A stretch of DNA of 64,000 nt from a virus: IMG/VR virus record IMGVR_UViG_3300010354_000057, positions 24,109 to 88,108 of that record. One strand, 5' to 3'. Below, piece by piece: positions 20,708 through 29,964 of the stretch (position 1 is the stretch's first letter; every line of letters starts with the position of its first letter). The notes beneath the pieces were generated by a model. That model saw only the letters and a list, made by a program, of their open reading frames with translations, searched no databases and had not been told where the DNA came from. Both the position numbers and the translations under genes were made by a program.

Positions 20708-21147
20708 GATATGAGTTTATAAAGCAGGGTTTCCTGGAATGTGTTGGATTGACCTGGGAAGACATTGATCTACAGATACAAAATGAAGTTCAAAGGAGAA
20801 AATGTAGAGTTATTGGTGAGAGTTATGAAGATGTGACATATCTTCTTTTAGATAATCAAAGATTTCAACCCAATATTACAAAAGTTCATCGAGAGATGAT
20901 TGAAAAATATAATCTCAATGTTTTACACATATATGCATCGAAAAATTATAAAGGGAAAACCTTTGGTAGGCACTGCGATAATCAGAATGTTTTGATAGTT
21001 CAATCTATTGGTAAAATGGAATATAAATTTGATGATGATCAAATTATTTGTTTGCAACCTGGAGATGGTTTGTATATTCCTAAAGGTATGTATCATGACC
21101 CTATATCAAGTGAACCTAGGGTCACATTAAGTTTTTCTTGGAGTTAA
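20704..21147 (+). CDS. Cupin/JmjC-like oxygenase
   Basis: FGRHCD, LQPGDGLYIPKGMYH, RVTLSF. Confidence 0.75.
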   Translation: MRYEFIKQGFLECVGLTWEDIDLQIQNEVQRRKCRVIGESYEDVTYLLLDNQRFQPNITKVHREMIEKYNLNVLHIYASKNYKGKTFGRHCDNQNVLIVQSIGKMEYKFDDDQIICLQPGDGLYIPKGMYHDPISSEPRVTLSFSWS

Positions 21148-21149
21148 TT

Positions 21150-21323
21150 ATGATTGAAGGATTTGTCACTAAAGATGGGTATGCTGCTGTTCCTTTCGGA
21201 AAACAACTTATGGTTATTTACGATGGACAGCAGTTGAAAGTATGTAGAACTGAAAGTTCTGCTCGTAAATTCATTAAACAACACTCATCTCAACCAAAAT
21301 CAGGCACTGTTTTCGTTAAATGA
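21150..21323 (+). CDS. Hypothetical protein
   Basis: Small cyanophage-type ORF (DGYAAVP..KQL). Confidence 0.55.
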   Translation: MIEGFVTKDGYAAVPFGKQLMVIYDGQQLKVCRTESSARKFIKQHSSQPKSGTVFVK

Positions 21324-21529
21324 TTATGAAGAAAGAAAAGACCAAGTTTATCTGTGTTTCTCCCCTTACAAACAAAGCAAAAATTCATTTTCATCTTGAC
21401 ATGGATAATCTTCATTCTTGTCGCGTAAAAGATGAAAAAGATGGTAGAATGTATCTTGAATCTTTGAATAAAAAACATTATTTTTGGATGGATAAGAAAA
21501 ATGATTCAAATTGGAGGATTGAAAAATGA
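21320..21529 (+). CDS. Hypothetical protein
   Basis: Coupled small ORF. Confidence 0.55.
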   Translation: MIMKKEKTKFICVSPLTNKAKIHFHLDMDNLHSCRVKDEKDGRMYLESLNKKHYFWMDKKNDSNWRIEK

Positions 21530-21735
21530 AAATTAGAGCTACCCCAGACACATTAGTTACAATTACCGTAGATAAAGAAGGATTGGAAACTATGATTAAT
21601 GCTGCATCTGCAGCGATTACATCTATTAATGAATGGAATATGGGTGATGAGTATGATACTGATGTAACCCCATATCATGAACTTTTAGAAGCACTTAGGG
21701 AAAAATATAAAAATGTTTATGGAGAACTTTCATAA
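21526..21735 (+). CDS. Hypothetical protein
   Basis: Coupled small ORF. Confidence 0.55.
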   Translation: MKIRATPDTLVTITVDKEGLETMINAASAAITSINEWNMGDEYDTDVTPYHELLEALREKYKNVYGELS

Positions 21736-22213
21736 AAACTTTTTTATCCACAATGATGAAGTATTAATTTATTTCTGTGCTTTGGTGGATACTCTTCAAA
21801 AAGCATCAAAAAAATATCGTGATGTAACTAATCATTGTTTGTCTCCTAATTGCTTTGCCTCAAATAATCTTATAGAATTACTCAAAGATTATTTGTTTGT
21901 AGACAATATCAACTTGATTTTGGAAGAATGTCAAAATCACCTTCCAGATCAAGTTGATTATTTCTATATGCATATGATAGACTATAAAAATGGTGGTGAT
22001 ATGCTTATCCATAAACATGATCATAATGAAGACTATTCTTTCATTTTATATCTTAACGATTGTGATGATGGGCATACTATTTTATACCTAGATAGACCTA
22101 TTAGAATTAAACCAGAACGGGGAAAAATATTAATTTTTTCTTCAGATGTTTATCATTCGGCAACATTTTCAAAGAATAAAAAGATATTAGTCGGGGGTTT
22201 AAAAATAAAATGA
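21713..22213 (+). CDS. 2OG-Fe(II) oxygenase
   Basis: HKHDHNEDYSFILYLND, FSSDVYH. Confidence 0.7.
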   Translation: MFMENFHKNFFIHNDEVLIYFCALVDTLQKASKKYRDVTNHCLSPNCFASNNLIELLKDYLFVDNINLILEECQNHLPDQVDYFYMHMIDYKNGGDMLIHKHDHNEDYSFILYLNDCDDGHTILYLDRPIRIKPERGKILIFSSDVYHSATFSKNKKILVGGLKIK

Positions 22214-22833
22214 AAAGAAAGTATCCCCCAGACAATAGAAAATATACTACGATGAGTTATTTTGGTAAAACATTGTATCATGCATATAATGTTTTGTCCG
22301 AAGAAGATAGGATTGGATTGTTGGAAGAAATAAATGATGAAATAGATAAAAATTCATCTGGAGAGTACAATATTGTTGAGGCAACTAGCACTTTATCAAC
22401 AAGGAAAATTAAAAATCACAAATGCTGGTTTAATTTTTTCCGAATGGTTAAAGAGCATCTAGTACAATACTCTAAGATAACTAATAACCCAAATGTACAG
22501 ACTTTAAAAGTTGCTGAATATTGGGCTAAAAGAATGAAAGATAATATCAGTGATGAAGATTATCATAATGAAATGTACATATATTATGGTAATCTTCATT
22601 CACATAATAATCTTGATCTTGGATTAATATATTATCTACAAAATCCATCTAGAATTTATGGAACTATTATAGAAGAAGATGGGGTTGAATTTATAGTTCC
22701 TGGAGATCAAAATTCTTTGATTATTCATCATCCAGATATTAATCATGAGGCAGTTCTTCCACACCCATCATTTCTTAAAGATACTTGTAGGTGTGTTTTA
22801 ATTGTTGATTTTAAATATCCCAAGAATATCTAA
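22210..22833 (+). CDS. 2OG-Fe(II) oxygenase-like protein (paralogue of 24677-25315)
   Basis: LHSH..LGLIYYL, INHEA, RCVLIVDF. Confidence 0.6.
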   Translation: MKRKYPPDNRKYTTMSYFGKTLYHAYNVLSEEDRIGLLEEINDEIDKNSSGEYNIVEATSTLSTRKIKNHKCWFNFFRMVKEHLVQYSKITNNPNVQTLKVAEYWAKRMKDNISDEDYHNEMYIYYGNLHSHNNLDLGLIYYLQNPSRIYGTIIEEDGVEFIVPGDQNSLIIHHPDINHEAVLPHPSFLKDTCRCVLIVDFKYPKNI

Positions 22834-22857
22834 ATAAATTTAATTACGAGAATTTTT

Positions 22858-23022
22858 ATGGGTGATACTGATAAGTGGAACAGAGGATTAGATTTGTTTA
22901 TTGAAAGTGTTCATAAACCAGACCATGAACTTAGGCAATGTGCCCACAATCAAAAGTGTTATAATGAACTCATGGCAGTTCGTGAGAATGTGCTAGAATA
23001 TTTAAAAACTCTGAGACGGTAA
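22858..23022 (+). CDS. Small protein, 54 aa (not in ORF track)
   Basis: Translated by hand: MGDTDKWNRGLDLFIESVHKPDHELRQCAHNQKCYNELMAVRENVLEYLKTLRR; recalled as a cyanophage/picocyanobacterial family. Confidence 0.7.
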   Translation: MGDTDKWNRGLDLFIESVHKPDHELRQCAHNQKCYNELMAVRENVLEYLKTLRR

Positions 23023-23024
23023 AT

Positions 23025-23561
23025 ATGAAAAATTATTTTGAATCATTTACTATTCCATATTGGCAATCTAAAATAACTAATTGGGAAGAAAAGAAAAAAT
23101 CTTTATTATCATTATATTATAATAACAAACACAATATGCATGGAGGCGAAGAACAATATACTGATTACAATCATAAAAACAATTATCAATCTCAGGTTCA
23201 AGCAATTTTATTAGATGATCTTTATTCGGCACGTAAAGCATTGAATTTAGAACAACACCCACTTAGAGTGACTACGGCATGGTTTCAATTGTATGAACAA
23301 TATCATCATCACCCTATTCACAATCATGGTGTGAATGGATTCAGTTCAGTTTGTTATATAGAGTATGATAAAAATGAACATGAACCAACAAGGTTTGTGT
23401 GTCCTTTTAATAGTTACATTAATAATGATATGATTGAATTTATTCCAAGTGATATTGAAGAAGGATCTATAGTATTTTTCCCTAGTAATGTTCCACATTA
23501 TGTTGCTCCCAATAAGTCTTTAAAACCTAGATTAATTCTATCATTCAACATATCATATTAA
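23025..23561 (+). CDS. 2OG-Fe(II) oxygenase (TIGR02466-like)
   Basis: HPIHNHG..GFSSVCY, FFPSNVPH, RLILSFN. Confidence 0.8.
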   Translation: MKNYFESFTIPYWQSKITNWEEKKKSLLSLYYNNKHNMHGGEEQYTDYNHKNNYQSQVQAILLDDLYSARKALNLEQHPLRVTTAWFQLYEQYHHHPIHNHGVNGFSSVCYIEYDKNEHEPTRFVCPFNSYINNDMIEFIPSDIEEGSIVFFPSNVPHYVAPNKSLKPRLILSFNISY

Positions 23562-23562
23562 A

Positions 23563-23814
23563 ATGTATCAAGAACAATACTTATTTTACTTGCTTATATT
23601 TTCATTTGTTGCATATTTAATTGTAACAGATGAAAGTGTTGCAAGATTTTTTTTATTATATCTTAAAATAATAAGAGTTAATATAGAAAGACTTTTTTGG
23701 ATGATTAGATTTCATCCACTGGTAACAACAAATAAAATTACCCAGTGGTTTATGATGCGTAAATATATGAAGGAGGTCGAAAAAATGCAAAAAGATTTAT
23801 TTAAAAATGATTAG
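23563..23814 (+). CDS. Hypothetical membrane protein
   Basis: Hydrophobic N-terminus. Confidence 0.55.
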   Translation: MYQEQYLFYLLIFSFVAYLIVTDESVARFFLLYLKIIRVNIERLFWMIRFHPLVTTNKITQWFMMRKYMKEVEKMQKDLFKND

Positions 23815-24628
23815 AATACCTCACGAAGTTCAATTACACATAACACATTCTTGCAATCTAACTTGTGAAGGGTGTACGCATTATAGTAATCATGGTCATT
23901 CTGGAATGCTTTCTTTAGAGGAAGGTTCTAAATGGATGGATCTTTGGAATAAAAGAATAATTCCAGAAAGATTTACTATTCTTGGTGGAGAACCAGCTTT
24001 AAATAAAGATCTTACTAAGTTTATATACCTTGCTAAAGAAAAATGGCCTAATTCCTATTTGGAATTAATTTCTAATGGATTTCATTTGCATCGTCATCCA
24101 GATTTACCTAAAGCATTGATTGATACTCAAACCGTTATAGGTATATCCGTTCACACTAGAGAACATCCAGAGTATATTGAAAAATTCAAACCTGTTTATA
24201 AATTAGCTAAAAAATGGTTATTGATGGGTGTTAAAGTTGAAATGAGGCATTCTTCACTAGATTGGTTGAGGCAGTATCAGGGATATGGCGATAAAATGTT
24301 ACCATATGAAGATAATAATCCAGAGTCTAGTTGGAAGAATTGTGTTTCTAGGGCATGTATTCAATTACATGAAGGTAAAATTTGGAAATGTCCTGCTCTA
24401 GCATATTTACCAATGCAAGCAGAGAAGTTTAATCTTTCCGAAAAGTGGGATCCATATCTAAAATATAAACCTTTATTACCAGAGTGTTCTGATGAAGAAT
24501 TAATAGAGTTTTTTAATCGCAAATCGGAAAGTTACTGTAGTATGTGTCCAGCAGAAAAGGAACATTTTAAACCATCTGCTGATCCTTTATTACCCGTTAG
24601 TTATTGGAAAAAACAATACGATACTTGA
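23807..24628 (+). CDS. Radical SAM protein
   Basis: CNLTCEGC, GGEP, SNG; C-terminal C..C/KCP/CSMC auxiliary Cys. Confidence 0.9.
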   Translation: MIRIPHEVQLHITHSCNLTCEGCTHYSNHGHSGMLSLEEGSKWMDLWNKRIIPERFTILGGEPALNKDLTKFIYLAKEKWPNSYLELISNGFHLHRHPDLPKALIDTQTVIGISVHTREHPEYIEKFKPVYKLAKKWLLMGVKVEMRHSSLDWLRQYQGYGDKMLPYEDNNPESSWKNCVSRACIQLHEGKIWKCPALAYLPMQAEKFNLSEKWDPYLKYKPLLPECSDEELIEFFNRKSESYCSMCPAEKEHFKPSADPLLPVSYWKKQYDT

Positions 24629-24676
24629 TAAATAGGTCGTAAAATATTATAATCATTGAATATAGGATTTTAAAAA

Positions 24677-25315
24677 ATGGCGAAAAAAAAGCAAAAGAGA
24701 ATATATCCACCAGATCCAAGAACTATTACTACAATGAATTACTTTGGTAGAACATTGTATCATGCGTATAATGTTCTTTCCGAAGAAGATGTTAAAGGAT
24801 TAATTGAAGAGATAAATGATGAATTAACTATTAATCCAGATAATAAAGATGGATATATAGAAGCCACTAACGGATTAGCTAAAAGAAAAATAAAAAATAA
24901 ACAATGTTGGTATAATTTTTTTAAAATGGTTAAATCACATTTAAACAATTATGCTGAAATTACAAATAATCCTAGTATAAAAACATTAAAAGTAGCTTCT
25001 TATTGGGCAAAAAGAATGTATAAAGATGTGACAGATGATCAATATGAAGAGCAAATGTATATTAATTACGGTAATTTACATGCTCATACTAATTTAGACT
25101 TGGGTATAATTTATTATTTACAAAATCCATCAAGAATATATGGAACACTAATTGAAGATAAGGGCAGAGAATTTATTGTTCCAGGAGATGAAAATTCTAT
25201 GATTATTCATCATTCTGATATGAATCACGCTGCAGTCTTGCCACCACCTGTTATTACAAAAGATTCTCCTAGAGTTACAATAATTGTAGATTTTAAATAT
25301 GCACATAAATTTTAA
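24677..25315 (+). CDS. 2OG-Fe(II) oxygenase-like protein (paralogue of 22210-22833)
   Basis: LHAH..LGIIYYL, MNHAA, RVTIIVDF; GATAAATA late-like promoter upstream. Confidence 0.6.
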   Translation: MAKKKQKRIYPPDPRTITTMNYFGRTLYHAYNVLSEEDVKGLIEEINDELTINPDNKDGYIEATNGLAKRKIKNKQCWYNFFKMVKSHLNNYAEITNNPSIKTLKVASYWAKRMYKDVTDDQYEEQMYINYGNLHAHTNLDLGIIYYLQNPSRIYGTLIEDKGREFIVPGDENSMIIHHSDMNHAAVLPPPVITKDSPRVTIIVDFKYAHKF

Positions 25316-25318
25316 AAA

Positions 25319-25729
25319 ATGATAGATAAAAAAAAATTAGAAACTATTATTACTAAAATTAATAATAGATGTAATCCATACGAATATGAAAGTTTTGATG
25401 ATTTATTGGATGAAATTGAAGAAACCTCTACTGGGCGGGCAACATTTTTTACTGAACAAGAAGTTGAATGGGTTCAATCTAATCCAAAGATAGAACTGAA
25501 CATATTAAAAATGTGTCAAAAAATTTGGGATTATAAACTCAAAACAGTAAATACTGATAGTGCAACACTTTCTTCTATATTACATTCTTTAGATTTAGTT
25601 TGTAATAATAAACAGTTTCCTCCTGCTAAAAATATTGAATTTTTAGCAAGTGAAAAATCAGTCTTAATTAGAGAAACTATAGAAGAAACTTTATTGATGT
25701 TAGATTTAAGTATTATACCTTATAGATGA
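25319..25729 (+). CDS. Hypothetical protein (paralogue of next)
   Basis: RCNP..Y..F.DLL...DLS..PY shared with 25726-26163. Confidence 0.6.
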   Translation: MIDKKKLETIITKINNRCNPYEYESFDDLLDEIEETSTGRATFFTEQEVEWVQSNPKIELNILKMCQKIWDYKLKTVNTDSATLSSILHSLDLVCNNKQFPPAKNIEFLASEKSVLIRETIEETLLMLDLSIIPYR

Positions 25730-26163
25730 TGAATAAAATAGTTTTCTATAAAAAATTAAGATCTATAATACAAAAAATTATTCATAGATGTAATCCCTCA
25801 GACTATGATACTTTTGAGGATTTGTTACTTGATATTAATGGTAGTGTTTTTGATGAAGATCATGGATCTACTTTTTTGACTGATGATGAAATTAATTGGA
25901 TAAATTCTGATATTGAAATAAAGGAAAATATAATTGAATTGTGTTTAATTCACGCTCAAGAAAATAAAAATAATATTGATGGGACAATAGAATCATTATT
26001 AACGGAATTGGATTTGATATATCAACCAGAAGCAAAAATTTTAAATATATCATTTGATTTTAAAAATCTTTCATACTTAAAAGAGCACACTATGGAATTA
26101 TCTGATTTAATTGAATCACAATTATTAATGAACGATTTAAGTGTATTACCTTATAAAAAATAA
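25726..26163 (+). CDS. Hypothetical protein (paralogue of previous)
   Basis: Same motifs as 25319-25729. Confidence 0.6.
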   Translation: MMNKIVFYKKLRSIIQKIIHRCNPSDYDTFEDLLLDINGSVFDEDHGSTFLTDDEINWINSDIEIKENIIELCLIHAQENKNNIDGTIESLLTELDLIYQPEAKILNISFDFKNLSYLKEHTMELSDLIESQLLMNDLSVLPYKK

Positions 26164-26223
26164 GGACACTTTATAAAGTGTCCACTTTATATTGCAGAAA
26201 GTTCAAATCTTTGATATTATAAT
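26164..26223 (+). promoter_or_regulatory. Early promoter element (copy 2)
   Basis: Perfect 20-bp palindrome GGACACTTTATAAAGTGTCC, then TATTATAAT. Confidence 0.75.
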
Positions 26224-26242
26224 CTCATAACAATTTTTTACC

Positions 26243-27418
26243 ATGTTTCGTTATCAATTCCCACAAATTAATAGTATTGATGATGTAATTCCTTATATTG
26301 AAGGTAGGAATGAATATAAGGTATCAGTTAAAGATTGGTATACTGTCATTAACTATATGGTTGCCTTTGAAGATACATTTCAATGGGACAGTGGTGATCC
26401 AGTAGGATCTTCTATTCGTAGGGAATGTAGGGGGATGATCTTTAATTCTGAAACTGGAAAGATTATCTCTCACCCATACCATAAGTTTTTTAATGTTGGT
26501 GAAAAGGAAGAAACTCAAATTAATAAAATTAATCTATATGAACCTCATGTAGTTTTAGAAAAACTTGATGGGTCTATGATCCGTCCAATTCCAACACCAG
26601 AAGGGTTTAGGTTAGGTACTAAAGCAGGTATCACTGATGTTGCTATGAGTGCTGAGGTTTTTATTGCTGATAAACCACAGTATTTTGATTTTATTCATTC
26701 AATGTTTGATGGTGGAATGACACCTATTTTTGAATGGTGCTCTCGTAAGAATAGAATTGTTATTGATTATCCAGAAGATCAACTTATTCTTACTGCAATA
26801 CGCAATACTGTGATGGGTGTATATTTGACATATGAAAATATGGTAGAATTGTCTGAACACTGGAATATCCCAGTGGTAAAGGCAGTTGATGGTCTTGCTG
26901 TTCAAGACATTAATCTTTTTGTAAAGCAAGTTAGGGAGTGGGATGATGGTGAAGGGATCGTTCTCAGATTTAATGATGGTCACATGGTCAAAGTTAAAGC
27001 GGATGACTATGTTGTTCGGCACAGATCAAAAGAGGCTATTAGTCAAGAGAAGAATGTTATTCAGGCAGTTCTGGATGATGTAGTAGATGATCTTATTCCT
27101 TTGTTGGATGAAAAAGATTCAAATAGATTGAAAGAATATCAACGTGCTTTTTGGGATGGTGTTCACCATACTGTGATGGACATGAATGATCTTTATAATG
27201 GTGGAAATCTTATGTATCCAGATAAAAAAGAATTTGCTGTTAATTTTGTACAAAAGATGATCCTTCCTATTCATGCACCTATCATGTATGCTATTAGGGG
27301 AGGCAAACCAACTATTGAAGTCATTAAAGAAATGATCCGTAAATCTCTTAGCTCACAGACTAAAATTGATGAAAATCGTTGGTTGTGGGGAAATTTGGAT
27401 TGGAATTATTATGCCTGA
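26243..27418 (+). CDS. rnlA: T4 Rnl1-type RNA ligase
   Basis: RECRG, KFFN, EKLDGS (motif I), FEW, EGIV, VKVK. Confidence 0.88.
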   Translation: MFRYQFPQINSIDDVIPYIEGRNEYKVSVKDWYTVINYMVAFEDTFQWDSGDPVGSSIRRECRGMIFNSETGKIISHPYHKFFNVGEKEETQINKINLYEPHVVLEKLDGSMIRPIPTPEGFRLGTKAGITDVAMSAEVFIADKPQYFDFIHSMFDGGMTPIFEWCSRKNRIVIDYPEDQLILTAIRNTVMGVYLTYENMVELSEHWNIPVVKAVDGLAVQDINLFVKQVREWDDGEGIVLRFNDGHMVKVKADDYVVRHRSKEAISQEKNVIQAVLDDVVDDLIPLLDEKDSNRLKEYQRAFWDGVHHTVMDMNDLYNGGNLMYPDKKEFAVNFVQKMILPIHAPIMYAIRGGKPTIEVIKEMIRKSLSSQTKIDENRWLWGNLDWNYYA

Positions 27419-27887
27419 ACTTGTAATGCTCTGTGGAATTCCAACTTCTGGAAAATCTACATATGTTAAAAAACTCAAGAAGATTGACTACTGGAAGGAT
27501 GCAGTCGTTCTCTCTACTGATAACTACATTGAAGAATATGCAAAACGTGTCGGACAAACTTATAATGAAGTCTTTGATGATGTAATTCCTGATGCAACCA
27601 GAGAACTTGAACTTCAACTGATCATGGCGAAGGACAAGGGAAAGGACATCATTTGGGATCAGACAAACTTATCAGTCAAGACCCGAAAGAAAAAACTTTC
27701 TAAACTTCCTTCCTTTTATGCCAGAGGTGTGGTATACTTTGAAGTATCCCTAGAGGAGGCACTGGAACGAAACAAACATCGTGAAGGAAAGTTCATTCCT
27801 GAAAGTATTTTGAAACGAATGTGGCATCAATTTGAAATTCCTACTCGCAATGAGGACTTTGATTATGTTGAAAAAGTTGAAAGTTAA
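27411..27887 (+). CDS. Stand-alone polynucleotide kinase domain (AAA_33)
   Basis: MLCGIPTSGKST, STD, WDQTN, RN..R. Confidence 0.8.
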   Translation: MPELVMLCGIPTSGKSTYVKKLKKIDYWKDAVVLSTDNYIEEYAKRVGQTYNEVFDDVIPDATRELELQLIMAKDKGKDIIWDQTNLSVKTRKKKLSKLPSFYARGVVYFEVSLEEALERNKHREGKFIPESILKRMWHQFEIPTRNEDFDYVEKVES

Positions 27888-28095
27888 AGAACAATACAAC
27901 CATCACTTTGAATATCAAAACGACATTGATCGGATTGTGAAGATTTTTGCCGATCGTGGTTATGAGATTTCTCATACTGATGCTGTTCACGCTTGGGAGC
28001 AATACTCTGATAGCATGGCAGCAGGTTGGATGTGTTTAGGTGATGATGAAGAAGTCTTTCAAGACGCTTTTTATTATTTTGAGGAAGTTCAATGA
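27865..28095 (+). CDS. Hypothetical protein
   Basis: AWEQYSDSMAAGW; lies between kinase and phosphatase. Confidence 0.55.
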   Translation: MLKKLKVKEQYNHHFEYQNDIDRIVKIFADRGYEISHTDAVHAWEQYSDSMAAGWMCLGDDEEVFQDAFYYFEEVQ

Positions 28096-28538
28096 CTAAA
28101 CCTGATTGTTACATCTTTGACTTAGATGGAACTATTTGTGATGTTCGTCATCGCCGCCAATACGTTGCAACAAAACCAAGAAATTGGGATGCCTGGAACG
28201 CTGGTCTTGTAAATGATAAACCTCACAAAAGTGTTCTTGGAATTGTTCAGTCACTTACTTATTATTATCCTGTAATTATTGTAAGTGGTCGCTCTGATGA
28301 TTATCGTGAGAAAACTGAAGAATGGTTGAAAAAAAATGAAGTTGAATACAACAAACTCTACATGAGAAAATATAAAGATCATCGTGATGATTCAGTTGTG
28401 AAGGCGGAAATTGCTGATGAAATTGAAAAAGAATATAATATCCTAGGTGTCTTTGATGATCGCCAACGTGTTGTAAATATGTGGATTGAACGTGGTGTTT
28501 GGGTATTTGATGTTGGTCAAGGAAAAGGAAATTTTTAA
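28092..28538 (+). CDS. HAD-family polynucleotide 3'-phosphatase (PseT C-terminal-like)
   Basis: DLDGT, SGR, MR...D.R.D..VK, FDDR. Confidence 0.85.
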   Translation: MTKPDCYIFDLDGTICDVRHRRQYVATKPRNWDAWNAGLVNDKPHKSVLGIVQSLTYYYPVIIVSGRSDDYREKTEEWLKKNEVEYNKLYMRKYKDHRDDSVVKAEIADEIEKEYNILGVFDDRQRVVNMWIERGVWVFDVGQGKGNF

Positions 28539-28540
28539 TC

Positions 28541-29092
28541 ATGTCCTTTATAAAATTAAAAAATAAATTCTTTATTGGACATTATGATGTAATTTCTGGT
28601 AAGTATCAGTATGGTTTAAATACTTCTGATGGATTTTTTGGGATAAAGTATTCATATATTGATCTTTCAAATTATGATGATCTAATTGAAGTAGTTCCAG
28701 AATGTTATAGAGATAGATGTGCTATTTCTTTGATGAATTTAAATTGTAAAGTTCCACCTCATACTGATAGTGGAATTGAGGCAATTATTAATTTCTATGT
28801 TAAGAGTGATAATTGTAAAACTCATTTTTATGAGTTTAAAAATTCAACTCCTAAAACATTTAAATTACCAACACAAAAAGATGGATCTATATTTGATGAA
28901 GATGATTTACATGAAACTGGTAGTTTTATATCCGAAGATGGTGATGCTTATTTACTAGATGTATCAAAACCACATTCAGTAACTCCACTTCACTCTGGAC
29001 CTGTAAATAGAAAAGCAATATGCCTTCAACTGTTATATACTACTTTTGATGAAGCAAAACAAATGTTAGAACAATCTAATCAAATTTTATGA
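28541..29092 (+). CDS. 2OG-Fe(II) oxygenase-like protein
   Basis: PPHTD, PHSV, RKAI. Confidence 0.6.
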   Translation: MSFIKLKNKFFIGHYDVISGKYQYGLNTSDGFFGIKYSYIDLSNYDDLIEVVPECYRDRCAISLMNLNCKVPPHTDSGIEAIINFYVKSDNCKTHFYEFKNSTPKTFKLPTQKDGSIFDEDDLHETGSFISEDGDAYLLDVSKPHSVTPLHSGPVNRKAICLQLLYTTFDEAKQMLEQSNQIL

Positions 29093-29924
29093 ATTGGTTT
29101 TTAAATAAATCTTCTGATTCTTTTACAGACATCAGAGGATTTTTTGTATTATGAATATAATTTTTATGTGCTGGACACATACTACAAACTGATTCTGATT
29201 TTCTATTAAAGAATTCTATAATCTGATCTTGATTGCAATTAGGATCTAAAGGTTTATATTTTAAATAAGGATCCCATTTTTCTGACAACTTATATTTCTT
29301 TGCCATTAATGGTAAATATGCGAGAGGTGGACACTTCCAAATCATTCCTTCGTGTAATTGGAAACATGTTCCTTCCATAAAACAATTATTCCAACTTGCT
29401 TCAGCATTGTTATCTTCAAATGGTAATATATTTTCACCATATCCTTTGTAAATTTGTGTCCAATACTCGTGGGTTGTATTTACAGACACATTGATTCCAA
29501 GTTCATTTTTCCATTTTAAACATAATTTTAAATTGTCTTTTATCCTATTAATATAATCTTTTGATTTGCTGTGTATAGATAGTGATAGATTTATATTATT
29601 ATCTTTCAGTGCTTCTCCTAAGTTATTATGGGTGTGTAAGAAAAAACCATTAGTGGTTAATTTTATATAAGTATCTCCCCACATTTCTCTCGATAGATAC
29701 AGGAAATCAATCAAATTTTTATGTAATGTTGGTTCTCCACCAAGTAATATAAATTGTTTTGGTTGAATTCTATTATTCCAATTTCCCATCCACAATCTAC
29801 CTTCTTCAAGACTTATCATTCTAGAGTGTCCATGATTGGTAAAGTCAGAACAACTTTCACATGTTAAGTTGCAATTATGGGTGATGTGAAAGTCTATAAT
29901 TGGTACACTTACTTTTGAATGCAT
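29076..29924 (-). CDS. Radical SAM protein (paralogue of 23807-24628)
   Basis: CNLTCESC, GGEP, TNG, KCP, CSMC. Confidence 0.9.
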   Translation of the reverse strand: MHSKVSVPIIDFHITHNCNLTCESCSDFTNHGHSRMISLEEGRLWMGNWNNRIQPKQFILLGGEPTLHKNLIDFLYLSREMWGDTYIKLTTNGFFLHTHNNLGEALKDNNINLSLSIHSKSKDYINRIKDNLKLCLKWKNELGINVSVNTTHEYWTQIYKGYGENILPFEDNNAEASWNNCFMEGTCFQLHEGMIWKCPPLAYLPLMAKKYKLSEKWDPYLKYKPLDPNCNQDQIIEFFNRKSESVCSMCPAHKNYIHNTKNPLMSVKESEDLFKNQFIKFD

Positions 29925-29964
29925 CTTTATTATGATATAATCAGTATATAGTTAGAATATTAAT

